Below are positions 1 through 12,251 of a stretch of DNA of 64,000 nt, in pieces; position 1 is the stretch's first letter, and each line of letters starts with the position of its first letter. Under the pieces are notes generated by a model, which was not told the origin of the DNA, searched no databases, and saw only the letters and a list, made by a program, of their open reading frames with translations. Made by a program: the position numbers and the translations under genes. Source of the stretch: the human T2T-CHM13v2.0 reference genome, Homo sapiens; assembly GCF_009914755.1 (NCBI RefSeq), contig NC_060927.1. One strand, given 5' to 3'.

Positions 1-779
1 CTTTACCTGGCAGATCAAGATGAATAGAAATGTGGCTTTCTCGTGTTCACTTCAGGATAAATACAGGGGAAAACATGAGAAGACTTGTGAATGCAGTTCT
101 CAAACTTCTGAACTCCATCATTGGAGGGATGATTTATAGAGACGAAAATGCAGTGGGAAAGACTGGACTTAGCTGAATGACATACTTTACATTTATTTCT
201 ATAATGTGAGATCTTTCAACCCTTTTTATATTTACAAAATTAAGATGATAACAAAAACTATATTGTTAGAAAAAAGTAGAAAGGAATTATCAAAATATTT
301 TTATGCTGCAAAACAAGCATAAAAATCTTAGAATTTTTATGAGAATTGTGTTTCCATTTAGTACATAGACAGCTGTGCAACAATATCAATTTCACAAAAT
401 TATGCAAAACTAACTTTTCTTTGAACCCATCTGAGAGGTCACTAAACAACCAGGGGTACTAAACTTAAAATAGTTACAATGCACCATGAGGGAAGGAAGC
501 ATACAAACTGTTTCACCTTTGGTAGAGCATTTAAGGAAGTGATTTATGGTGGTGTTCTAGCTAAATTAAAGAGGTTAATTTTTTTTTAAGTTGAAACTTT
601 AACAAATTTTTTAAGTAAGTGTGCAGTCAGCATGAGAATTTAGAATTCCTGGGAGCCCCAGACATAAGTAAAATGCACATTTATATGTCAGAACTCTAAT
701 AGGCTAAAAATAAAGATACACACCTGCACAGTATCAGAGGCTAGATTCAGAATAGGAAACACTAAATTCAGTTGAAACT

Positions 780-2782
780 AAATCAATAGAAATAATTTAA
801 ACTGAAATATAGAGAGGAAAAAGGAATGCAGAGAAAATTAGACCACCCAAGAGGTGTGGGAAATATCAGCTGAGCTAACATATAAGTAATTGGAGTAACA
901 GAAAAGGAAAAGAGAGAGAATGGGACCAAAAAAAAAATTTGGAAAGGTAATGGCTGTTTTCTCCCAAAATTCATGAAAGAAAACAACCAAGAATCTTAGA
1001 GAATCCCAAACAAGATAAATACAAAGTAAAGTATAGTTAAGCACATCATAGATAGATGATAGCTGACTTCCCATCACACACTAGGCAATTCAAAATCAAA
1101 TATATAATTAATTTTAAAATATTAAAAGAAGAAAAGTTGTCACCTCAGAATTCTATAATGAACAAAATTTACATTCAAAAATACAGATGAAGTAAACACT
1201 TATTAGAGAAAATACTACAAAAAAAAGGAGTTTCTTCAGGCAAAATGATAAGGTACTACATGTAAATGTGAATCTAAACACCCACAAAAAGCAGCATCAG
1301 CCATGATAAATGTAGGTAAACATGAAAAATTTTAAAAATCCTTTATATTGCTAAAATAGTTAACTATAGAAAGCAAAAATGAAAAAATGTGGGATTATGA
1401 CAGGTAAACTTAAAATATATGACAATAATACTGCAGAGGATAAAGAGAAAATAGATATTTGCTATTGAAAGATTGTTGCATTAAGTGGAAAATTATGATT
1501 TGAAGGAAGATTGTAGCAACATAATGGTGCATATTGTAAACCTATAGCAGCAACTTAAAAATAAAACAGAGGTAAAAGTAACAATCCAAAGTAAGACAGA
1601 ATGACAGGAAAGAAAGAACAAAGAACAGATGGGGAAAAAAAAGCTTATAAAATAACAGTTTTAAGTCTAAGTATACCAATAATTGCATTAAATGCAAATA
1701 ATCAAAATATACAGTTAAAATTTAGAGATTGTCAGTTTGGGGAAATGAAAGCATAATCCAGTTCTGTGCTTTTTATGGGAACTAAGTTTTGAAAAATCCA
1801 TAGGTTAACTAAAAGTAAAAAGATAGGGGAGAATGAATATCATGTCAATAATAATAAAAAGAAAGCTGTAGTGAACAAATTAATATAAAAATAATAATTT
1901 TAGTAGGGATAAAATGATAAATTACATAATGATGAAGGGATATACACCTAATCAATAGCTTAAAATTCATACAGCAAAAGCTGATACAACTAAAAACAAA
2001 TAGAGAAATTTACAATTGTACTTAGAGACATAAGCAATCCTTCCTCAGTAATTGGGAGAGCAAGTAGATAAAGGTCATTAAAATATGGATTTGAACATTT
2101 GAACCAATGGAACGGTTAAGATCTATAGAACAATCATCTCAATAATAAAAATTCTTTTTAAAGTCCACATAAAACTTCACCAATCTATGGTATATTTTGA
2201 CCATAAAACAAATGTTGACAAATTTAAAAGAATTGGCAAAATACAAAGTATGTTTACTGATAATAAAACAATTAAACTAAAAGATAATAACAGGAAAAAA
2301 TATGGAAAATAGTCAATTATTTTGAAAATAAATTACTTATGTTTAAATGACCAATAGTAAATTTTTTAATTAGAAAATATTTCAAATTTAGCTAGACGTG
2401 TTGGCTCACGCCTGTAATAACCCAGTTTGGGAGGCCAAGGTAGGTGGATCACCTGAGGTCAGGAGTTCGAAACCAGCCTGGTCAACATGGCGAAACCTCA
2501 TCTCTACTGAAAATAAAAAATTAGCCAGGCGTGGTGGCAAGCACCTGTAATCCCAGCTACTCCGGGGGCTGAGGGAGGAGAATCACTTGAACCCAGGAGT
2601 CAGAGGATGCAGTGAGTTGAGATCATGCCACTGCACTCCAGCCTTGGCAACAGAGCAAGATTCTGCCTCAAAACAAAACAAAACAAAAAAGAAACTATTT
2701 CAAATTCAATAAAAACGAAACAGAAAATATAAAAACATATTGGATATAGCCAGGGTGGTGCCTAGAAAAAAAGTTTATAGTA
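780..2782 (+). mobile_element. Old L1 (L1M-type) fragment, ORF1 end to ORF2 5' region, interrupted by an Alu
   Basis: A-rich degenerate L1-like sequence with no intact ORF; continues at 10755 after the MST/ERV9 insertion. Confidence 0.7.
2390..2690 (+). mobile_element. Alu (AluS-type)
   Basis: Dimeric Alu with (CAAAA)n tail; TSD gaaa(a/c)tatttcaaatt at 2373-2388 and 2691-2706. Confidence 0.95.
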
Positions 2783-3081
2783 TGTATAAATCTGTTTTTG
2801 CATTGCTATAAAGAACTACATGAGACTGCATAATTTATAAAGAAAAGAAGATTAATTGGCTCACAGTTACATCGGCTGTATAGGAAGCATGGCTGTGGAG
2901 ACCTCAAGAGATTTATAATCATGGCAGAAGCCAAAGGGGAAGCAGGCATATTTTCATATGCCCAGAGCAGGAGGAAAAAGAGAGAGGGGAGGTGCCACAT
3001 ACGTTTAAACAACCAGATCTCCTGAGAACGCATTCACTATAACAATAACAGCAAGGGGGAAACCCATCCCCAAGATCCAAT
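2783..3081 (-). mobile_element. MST (MaLR) solo LTR, left part, split by ERV9
   Basis: tgtat...ttgctataaagaacta...ttaattggctcacagtt MST terminus; resumes at 10666; 5-bp TSD tagta (2778-2782) / tagca (10755-10759). Confidence 0.85.
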
Positions 3082-3694
3082 TGAGAGGTGAAGAAGCTGG
3101 CTGGGCTTCTGGGTTGGATGGGGACTTTGAGAACTTTTCTGTCTAGCTAAAGGATTGTAAATGCACCAATCAGCGCTCTGTGTCTAGCTAATGGTTTGTA
3201 AATGCACTAATCAGCACTCTGTAAAAACGGACCAATCAGCTCTCTGTAAAATGGACGAATCAGCTCTCTGTAAAATGGACCAATCAGCTCTCTGTAAAAT
3301 GGACCAATCAGCAGGATGTGGGCGGGGCCAAATAAGGGAATAAAAGCTGGCCACCCTAACCAGCAGGGGCAACCAACTCAGGTCCCCTTCCACACTGCGG
3401 GAGCTTTGTTCTTTCGCTCTTCGCAATAAATCTTGCTGCTACGCACTCTTTGGGTCCGCACTACCATTTATGAGCTACAACACTCACTGCAAAGGTCTGC
3501 AGCTTCACTCCTGAAGCCAGTGAGACCACGAACCCACCAAAAGGAAGAAACTCTGGACACATCTGAACACCTGAAGGAACAAACTCTGGACACTCCATCT
3601 TTAAGAACTGTAACACTCACAGTGAGGGTCCACAGCTTCATTCTTGAAGTCAGTGAGACCAAGAGCCCACTGGAAGGAACCAATTCCAGACACA
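3082..3694 (+). repeat. ERV9 5' LTR (LTR12 family), 613 bp
   Basis: Tandem gtaaaatggaccaatcagctctct CCAAT repeats (~3221-3310), GGGCGGGG box, AATAAA TATA-like motif, U5 repeats. Confidence 0.93.
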
Positions 3695-3697
3695 TTT

Positions 3698-3715
3698 TGG
3701 CAACTCAGATGGGAC
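3698..3715 (+). other. Primer binding site, tRNA-Arg
   Basis: TGGCAACTCAGATGGGAC directly after the LTR; two mismatches from TGGCGACCCAGATGGGAC, the complement of a tRNA-Arg(CCG) 3' end as recalled. Confidence 0.85.
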
Positions 3716-4866
3716 TATCGACTATCGCCAAGCAGTGAGTACCATCGGACCCATTTCACTTGCTATTCTGTCCTTAGAATTCAGGGGCTAAACACCAGGC
3801 ACCTGTTGGCCATTTAAAAGCTACTAGCACGTCCACAGGACTAAAGACACGGGTGTCAGGCTTTCTAGGAAAGGACTCTCTAACAACTCCCAACTCTTTG
3901 GAGTTGGGAGCGTTGGTTTGCCTGGAACCAGCTTCCACTTTTCCTGTACTTTTGGGCTGAGCTGAGGATCTACAGAGAGGAGAGCCGTTCAGCTCCGGGG
4001 TCCTGACAACAAGTTGGTTGACCCTGTGGCCATGAGCGGAACTCTCAAAGACATGTCACCCAAGCGAGACTCGCCCATCTATCCTATCTATCCTAACCCT
4101 TGCCCCCTGGATCCTAACACCTGCCAGACAAAATTCCTCTCGCCTCTCCTCTCCAAGGCTAGTGCTGCTTCTAAAAACCACTCCCTGTCTCTGGTGCTTT
4201 TCTAGTTTCTCCTATAAGAATGATTTCTAGTATAAATTTCAGGACTCTGTTACCTTCTTTAGGCAACTGGGCTCACCAATCAGAAAGACATAATTTTTGC
4301 CCAAAGCCCCATCATAGGGGGGAATATCTGGAAATTTAGGATCCCTCCTCAGACAAGTAGGCATAACAAAAGCTATTCCTGAAGCTAGGATATGAGGAGC
4401 CTCAGAAATTGTATCCTTCCTATTCATATAAGTGAGGGCAAAAAGACATCACTCTTCCAACTCTGGAGATCCCTCCCCTCCCTCAGGGTATGGCCCTCCA
4501 CTTCATTTTTGGGGCATAACATCTTTATAGGAAATGGGTAAAGTCCCAATACTAACAGGAGAATGCTTAGGACTCTAACAGGTTTTCGAGAATGCGTCAG
4601 TAAGGGCCACTAAATCCAATTTTTCTCAGTCCTCTTTGTGGTCTAAGAGGACAGGCAAGGGTGCAGGTTTTTGAGAATGCATCGGTAAGGGCTACTAAAT
4701 CCAACCTTCCTTGGTCATCTTTGTCGTCTAGGAGGAAAACTAGGGTTTCTGCTGCTGCGTCAGTGCACACAACTATTCCGATCAGCAGGATCCAGGGACC
4801 GTTGTGGGTTCTTGGGCAGGAGGAGAAACAAAACAAACCAAAACTGCGAGACGTTTTGTCTTTCAG

Positions 4867-6650
4867 ATGGGAAACACTCAGGCATCAATAGGCCCACCCT
4901 TGAAATGTATTCTAAGCCATTGGGACCAATTTGACCTGCAAACTCTGAAAAGGAGGTGGCTCATTTTTTTCTGCACTATGGCCTGTCCCCAGTATTCTCT
5001 CTCTGATGGGGAAAAATGGTCACCTGAGGGAAGTATAAATTACAATACTATCCTGCAGCTTGACCTTTTCTGTAAGAGAGAAGGCAAATAGAGTGAAATA
5101 CCTTATGTCCAAGCTTTCTTTTCATTGAAGGAGAATACACAAATTGCAAAGCTTGCAATTTACATCCCACAGGAGGACCTTTCAGCTTACCCCCATATCC
5201 TAGCCTCCCTATAGCTCCCCTTCCTATTAATGATGAGCCTCCTCTAATCTCCCCTGCCCAGAAGGAAATAAGCAAAGAAACCTCCAAAGGACCACAAAAA
5301 CCCCGAGGCTATCGGCTATGTCCCCTTCAAGCTGTAGGGGGAGGGGAATTTGGCCCAACCCGGGTACATGTCCCCTTCTGTCTCTCTGATTTAAAGCAGA
5401 TCAAGGCAGACCTGGGGAAATTTTCGGATGATCCTGATAGGTACATAGATGTCCTGCAGGTCTAGGGCAAACCTTCGATCTCACTTGGAGAGATGTCATG
5501 CCATTGTTAGATCAAACCCTGGCCTTTAATGAAAAGAATGCGGCTTTAGCTGCAGCCCAAGAGTTTGGAGATACTTGGTATCTTAGTCAAGTAAATAATA
5601 GAATGACAGCCAAACCAAAGGACAAATTCCCTACTGGTCAGCAAGCTGTCCCCAGTATGGATCCCCACTGGGACCTCGACTCAAATCATGCAGACTGGAG
5701 TCATAAACATCTGCTCACCTGTGTTCTAGAAGGACTAAGGATAATTAGGAAAAAGCCCATGAATTATTCAGTGATGTCCGCCATAACTCAGAGAAAGGAA
5801 GAAAATCCTTCTGTCTTCCTTGAGTGACTATGGAAGGCCTTAAGAAAATATACTCCCCTGTCACCTGAATCACTTGAGGCTCAATTGATTCTAAAAGATA
5901 AGTTTATTACCCAATCAGCTGCAGATATCAGGAGAAAGCTCCAAAAGCAAGCCCTAGGCCCTGAACAAAATTTGGAGGCATTATTAAACCTGACAACCTT
6001 GGTGTTCTATAATAGGGACCAAGAGGAACAGGCCCAAAAAGAAAAGCGAGATCAGAGAAAGGCCACAGCCTTAGTCATGGCCCTCAGACAAACAAACGTT
6101 GGTGATTCAGAGAGGACAGAAAATGAAGCAGGCCAAACACCTGGTAGGGCTTGTTATTAGTGTGGTTTACAAGGACATTTTTTTTTTTATTTTTTATTTG
6201 TATTTTTTTCTTTGAGATGGAGTCTCGCTCTGTCACCTGGGCTGGAGTGCAGTGGTGTGATCTCGGCTAACTGCAAGCTCTGCCTCCCGGGTTCATGCCA
6301 TTCTCCCACCTCAGCCTCCTGAGTAGCTGGGACTACAGGTGCCTGCCACCACGCCTGGCTAATTTTTTGTATTTTTAGTAGAGATGGGGTTTCACCATGT
6401 TAGCCAGGATGGTCTCGATCTCCTGACCTCATGATCCACCTGCCTTGGTCTCCCAAAGTGCTGGGATTACAGGAGTGAGCCACTGCGCCCAGCCAAGGAC
6501 ACTTTAAAAAGATTGTCCAATGAGAAACAAGCCGCCCCCTCATCCATGTCCACTATGGCGAGGCAATCACTGGAAGGCACACTGCCGCAGAGGACAAAGG
6601 TTCTCTGGGCCAGAAGCCCCCAACCAGATGATCCAAAACAACACGACTGA
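4867..6650 (+). pseudogene. gag: ERV9 gag, disrupted
   Basis: Starts MGNTQAS; capsid-like ITQRKEENPSVFLE and FITQSAADIRRKLQK; two degenerate zinc knuckles; stops, frameshifts and an AluY insertion. Confidence 0.9.
6178..6494 (-). mobile_element. AluY inserted in the first gag zinc knuckle
   Basis: AluY diagnostics (gcaagctc, gccattctc, ttagccaggatggtctcgatc); TSD aaggaca(c)ttt on both sides. Confidence 0.93.
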
Positions 6651-6679
6651 GGGTGCCCAGGGCAAGTGCCAGCTCATGT

Positions 6680-7024
6680 ATCACCCTCACTGAGCCCCGG
6701 GTACATTTAACCATTGAGGGCCAGGAAATTGACTTCCTCCTGGACACTGGCGTGGTCTTCTCAGTGTTAATCTCCTGTCCTGGACGACTGTCCTCAAGGT
6801 CCATTACCATCCGAGGAATCCTGGGACAGCCTGTAACCAGGTATTTCTCCCACCTCCTCAGTTGCAATTGGGAGACTTTGCTCTTTCCACATGCCTTTCT
6901 TGTTATGCCTGAAAGTCCCACACCCTTATTAGGGAGGGATATATTAGCCAAAGCTGGAGCTATTATCTACATGAATATGGGGAACAAGTTACCATTTGTT
7001 GTCCCCTACTTGAGGAGGGAATGA
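6680..7024 (+). pseudogene. pro: ERV9 protease remnant
   Basis: DFLLDTG aspartyl protease motif and PLLGRDIL in ORF 6653-7024. Confidence 0.9.
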
Positions 7025-7054
7025 ACCCTGAAGTCTGGGCATTGGAAGGACAAT

Positions 7055-8850
7055 TTGGAAGGGCAAAAAAATGCCCACCCAGTCCAAATCAGGCTAAAAG
7101 ATGCCACCACTTTTCCTTATCAAAGGCAATATCCCTTAAGGCCTGAAGCTCATAAAGGATTACCGGATATTGTTAAACATTTAAAAGCTCAAGGCTTAGT
7201 AAGGAAATACAGCAGTCCCTGCAACACCCCAATTCTAGGAGGACAATAACTGAACAGTCAGTGGAGACTAGTGCAAGATCTTAGACTTATCAATGAGGCA
7301 CTAATTCCTCCATATCCAGTTGTAACCCACCCCTATACCCTGCTCTCTCAAATACCAGAGGAAGCAGAATGGTTCACTGTTCTGGACCTCAAGGATGCCT
7401 TCTTCTGTATTCCCCTGCACTCTTACCTCCAGTTTCTCTTTGCCTTTGAGGATCCCACAGACCACACGTCCCAACTTACATGGATGGTCTTGCCCAATGG
7501 GTTTAGGGATAGCCCTCATCTGTTTGGTCAGGCACTGGCCCAAGATCTAGGCCACTTCTCAAGTCCAGGCACTCTGGTCCTTCAGTATGTGGATGATTTA
7601 CTTTGGCTACCAGTGCAGAAGCCTCATGCCAGCAGGCTACTCTAGATCTCTTGAACTTTCCAGCTAATCAAGTGTACAAGGTGTCTAGGTCGAAGGCCCA
7701 GTTTTGCCTACAGCAGGTCAAATATCTAGGCCTAATCTTAGCCAGAGGAACGAGGGCCCTCAGCAAGGAACGAATACAGCCTATGCTGGCTTATCCTCAC
7801 CCTAAGACATTAAAACAGTTGTGGGGGTTCCTTGTAATCACTGCCTTTTGCCAACTATGGGTCCCCAGATACAGCGAGATAGCCAGGCCCCTCTATACTC
7901 TAATCACGGAGACCCAGAGGGCAAATACTCATCTAGCAGAATGGGAACCAGGGGCAGAAACAGCCTTCAAAACCTTAAAGCAGGCCCTAGTACAAGCGCC
8001 AGCTTTAAGCCTTCCCACAGGACAAAACTTCTCTTTATACGTCACAGAGAGAGCAGGGATAGCTCTTGGAGTCCTTACTCAGATTCATGGGACAACCCCA
8101 CAACAAGTGGCATACCTAAGTAAGGAAATTGATGTAGTAGCAAAAGGCTAGCCTCACTGTTTAAGGGTATTTGTGGTGGTGGCCATCTTAGTGTCAGAGG
8201 CTATCAAAATAATACAAAGAAAGGATCTCACTGTCCAGACTACTCATGATGTAAATGGCATACTATCAGACAACTGCCTACTTAGATACCAGGCACTACT
8301 CCTTGAGGGACCAGTGCTTCAAATACGTACGTGCATGGCCCTCAACCCTGCCAATTTTCTCCCAGAGGATGGGGAACCAATCGAGCATGACTGCCAACAA
8401 ATTATAATCCAGACTTATGCCGCCCAAAATGATCTCTTAGAAGTCCCCTTAGCTAATCCTGACCTTAACCTATATACCGATGGAAGTTCATTTGTGGAGA
8501 ATGGGATACAAAGGGCAGGTTATGCCATAGTTAGTGATGTAACCAAACTTGAAAGTAAGCCTCTTCCCCCAGGGATCAGCACCCAATTAGCAGAACTAGT
8601 GGCACTTACCTGAGCCTTAGAACTGGGAAAAAGAAAAAGAATAAATGTGTATACAGTAGAAAGTATGCTTATCTAATCCTACATGTCCATGCTGCAATAT
8701 GGAAAGAAAGGGAGTTCCTAACCTCTGGGGGAACCCCATTAAATACCACAAGGAAACCATGGAGTTATTGCATGCAGTGCAAAAACCCAAGGAGGTGGCA
8801 GTCTTACACTGTCAAAGCCATCAAAAAGGGGAAGGAGAGGGGAGAACAGC
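7055..8850 (+). pseudogene. pol: ERV9 pol remnant (RT and RNase H, no integrase)
   Basis: QDLRLINE, LDLKDAFF, LPNGF, YVDD (7586-7597), LYTDGSS; several frameshifts and stops. Confidence 0.92.
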
Positions 8851-8884
8851 AGCATAAGTGGCTGGCAGAGGCAGGGAAAGACCA

Positions 8885-9120
8885 GCAGAAAGGAAAGAGA
8901 GAAAGAGAAAGTCAGAGAGAGAGACAGAGGAAGAGAGAGAAAAAGAGGGAATCGGAGAGAAAGAAAGAGACAAAGACAAAGAGATAGAGGAAGAGACAGA
9001 AAGAGGGAGTGAGAGAGAGAGAAAGAGAGAGACACAGAAAGTCAAAGAGAGAAGGAAAGAGAGGAAGAGACAAAGGAGTCAAAGAGAGAGAAAGAGATAG
9101 AAGTGGTAAAGAAAAAAACA
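8885..9120. repeat. GA-rich polypurine low-complexity tract inside ERV9
   Basis: About 230 bp of gaaa/gaga/gaca units. Confidence 0.9.
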
Positions 9121-9409
9121 GTGTACCCTATTCCTTTAAAACAGAGTAAATTTAAAACCTATAATTGATAATTGAAGGTCTTCTCTGTAACACTCCAATA
9201 CCACCTTGTTGTCAGTACAAACAAGGGCATAGCCCAAAAGCACTGAGGCCACTGACAACCCATAGCCTTCCTATCCAAAATCCTTAACCCAGCAGGTTTC
9301 CTAACAGGAGATCTAAATCTCATTACCATACAAAAGTCCAACCAGACATAGGAGGAACTCCCTTCAGGACAGGACAATAGATGGGTCCTCCCGGGTGATT
9401 AAGGAAAAA

Positions 9410-9803
9410 GCAGCAGTGGCTCTCCAAAACTGCGGAGGTCTAGGCCTCCTCATTGCTGAGAAAGGAGGATTCTGCACCTTCTTAGGGGAAGAGTGTTGTT
9501 TTTACACTAACAAGTCAGGGATAGTACAAGATGCCACCCAGTGTTAACAGGAAAAGGCTTCTGAAATCAGACAACGCCTTTCACAACTCTTATACTAACC
9601 TCTGGAGTTGGGCAACATGGCTTCTCCCCCTTCTAGGGCCCATGGCAGCCATCTTGCTATTACTCACCTTCGGGCCCTGTATTTTTAACCTCCTTGTCAA
9701 ATTTGTTTCCTCTAGAATCAAGTCCATCAAGCTACAGATGGTCTTACAAAAAGAACCCCAAATGAGCTCAACTAACAACTTCTACCGAGGACCCCTGGAC
9801 TGA
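9410..9803 (+). pseudogene. env: ERV9 env remnant, TM portion only
   Basis: AAVALQNCGGLGLLIAEKGGFCTFLGEECCFY (degenerate immunosuppressive domain plus CX6CC), then the membrane anchor WLLPLLGPMAAILLLLTFGPCIFN in another frame. Confidence 0.9.
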
Positions 9804-9955
9804 CCTGCTGGCCCTTTCACTGGCCTAAAGAGTTCCCTTTTGGAGGACACTACAACTGCAGGGCCCCTTCTTCGCCCCTATCCAGCAGGAAGTAGCTAGA
9901 ACAGTCATTGCCCAATTCCCAACAGCAGTTGGGGTGTCCTGTTTAGAGGGGGCAT

Positions 9956-10665
9956 TGAGAGGTGAAGCTGGCTGGGCTTCTGGGTCAGATGGGGACTTGG
10001 AGAACTTTTCTGTCTAGCTAGAGGATTGTAAATGCACCAATCAGTGCTCTGTGTCTAGCTAAAGGTTTGTAAACGCACCAGTCAGCACTCTGTAAAAATG
10101 GACCAATCATCTCTCTGTAAAATGGACCACTCAGCTCTCTGTAAAATGGACCAATCAGCTCTCTGTAAAATGGATGAGTCAGCAGGATGTGGGTGGGGCC
10201 AAACAAAGAAATAAAAGCTGGCTGCCCGAGCCAGCAGCGGCAACCCGCTGGGGTCCCCTTCCACAGTGTGGAAGCTTTGTTCTTTTGCTTTTCACAATAA
10301 ATCTTGCTGCTTCTCACTCTTTGGTTCTGCACTACCTTTATGAGCTGTAACACTCACTGCAAAGGTCTGCAGCTTCACTCCTAAAGCCAGCAAGACCACA
10401 GACCCACCGGGAGTAACGAACAACTCCAGACACGCCACCTTTAAGAGCTATAACACACTGCGAAGGTCTGCAGTTTCACTCCTGAAGTCAGCAAGACCAC
10501 AAACCCACCAGAAGGGAGAAACCCTGGACACATCTGAACATCTGAAGGAACAAACTCCGGACACACTATCTTTAAGAACTGTAACACTCATCGCAAGGGT
10601 CGGCGGCTTCATTCTTGAAGTCAGCGAGACCAAGAACCCACCGGAAGGAACCAATTCCAGACACA
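9956..10665 (+). repeat. ERV9 3' LTR (LTR12 family), 710 bp
   Basis: Same termini as the 5' LTR, with one extra U5 repeat unit. Confidence 0.93.
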
Positions 10666-10754
10666 CTATCATCTCCTACCAGGCCCCTCCTCCAACACTG
10701 GGGATTACAATTCAACATGAGATTTGGGTGGGGACACAAAACTAAACCATATCA
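10666..10754 (-). mobile_element. MST LTR, right part
   Basis: ggattacaattcaacatgagatttgggtggggacaca...aaaccatatca is the reverse complement of the MaLR TGATATGG start. Confidence 0.85.
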
Positions 10755-12251
10755 TAGCAATAAATCCCTATATTAGAATACAAGAAATGTCTATAATCAG
10801 CAATTTAAGAATCTACCTTAAGAAAATAAAAACATATGAGAAAACTAAACCCAGATGAAACAAAAGGAAAGAAATAATACAAAGTAAAATCAACAAAATA
10901 AAATGTTAAAAATAATATAGAAAATTAATTAAAGCAAATATTGATTTCTTGAATAAATAAATTTGATAAAATACTAGAATGGTCAAGAAAAAAGCTTAAA
11001 GAAGAATACTGTATGTATGACTATCATGTACTCATAATAATTAAAAGTAAATTTTAAAAAATACTGAATTAAGAATGAAATAGGGACATCACTTACAGAT
11101 CCTATAGCTATCAGAAGGACAAAATAAAAATAGTATGAATACACTCTAATAATTAATGAAGTGGACATATTTAAAAGATACAAGCTATAAGAGTGCATTC
11201 AGAAAAAAAAATAGCTAAAGTGATTAGCCCTATATCTATTAAATCATTTAAAGTTTTAGCTAGAAACCTTTCTACAAAGACAACTAACGGCATAGATGGC
11301 TTCACTAGTGAATTCTCCAAATATTTAAGAAAGAAATAATGCAAACGCCACAAAAACTCTTCCAAAAAATAGATGAAGGTATAATTCTCTTCAATCATTT
11401 TACAAGATAAGCATAACCCTGATACTATACATGAGAGATGAACTTTCTAAAAACAAAAGGTCTATATCTCTTATGAATAAAGATTGTTAAAAAAATATCA
11501 GCACTTAAATTCAGCAATAAAGAAAACAGATAATATGTCATAATCAAGTGGAGTTTATCTTGGCAAAAAAGTTATAATTCATTATATTAATATACAAAAA
11601 GCAAAACAATCTCAATAATTGAAAACAACTTTTTTAATTGACAAAATTGAATCTTCATTTATGACTCTCCTTCAAAAAAAAAAAAAAAAAAAACACCAAC
11701 AACTTTCAGGAAACTAATAATAGGAGGAACCATCATCAACCTGAAAAAAGACATCTACAAAAACCCTATTGTTATTATTATTAATGGTGAAAGAATTAAT
11801 TTCTCCCCTCAACACCACCAATTGATAAGGAGCAAGGCAAGGATGTTCATTCATTCCACATCTATTCCATATTGCACTGGAGGAACTGGCTGAGGCAATA
11901 GAGAATAAAAACCAGTAAGAGACATACAGATTCAAAAGGGAGATATAAACACTTTCTATTTCCAAACAAGATGATTTTTTACACATGTATAATCTAAAGA
12001 AACTTACTAAAATAAAAAGTAAGTTTACCAAGATCACAGAATAAAAGATCAATATATAATAATCAGTCATATTTTATATACTAGGAGTGTCCACTCCAAA
12101 ATTGAAATTTTAAAAATTATAATTTACAAGAGTATCAAAGCATGAAATAATTAATAATTAGGGAAAAGTTTAACAAAATATGTACAATTTTGTATGCTAA
12201 AAACAAAAACATTAAGGGAAATTAAATATTTAAATAAAAGAGCAATATATT

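Larger units (their letters stand above)
3082..10665 (+). mobile_element. ERV9 (HERV9/LTR12) provirus, defective
   Basis: Two LTRs TGAGAGGTGAAG...CCAGACACA, tRNA-Arg PBS, gag/pro/pol/env remnants, PPT agaggggg at 9945-9952, 4-bp TSD caat/ctat. Confidence 0.95.

Noticed and set aside
3221-3310. Short tandem repeats resembling a CRISPR array
   Set aside because: No unique spacers; these are the CCAAT repeats of the LTR12 U3 in eukaryotic DNA
3433-4891. ORFs in the ERV9 LTR and leader
   Set aside because: Translations of LTR repeats and non-coding leader with no protein motifs
8739-9100. Charged or Leu/Ser-rich ORFs
   Set aside because: Artefacts of the GA-rich tract
4804-9803. ERV9 ORFs as functional or domesticated genes (for example a syncytin-like env)
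   Set aside because: Every gene has stops or frameshifts; env lacks signal peptide, SU and fusion peptide
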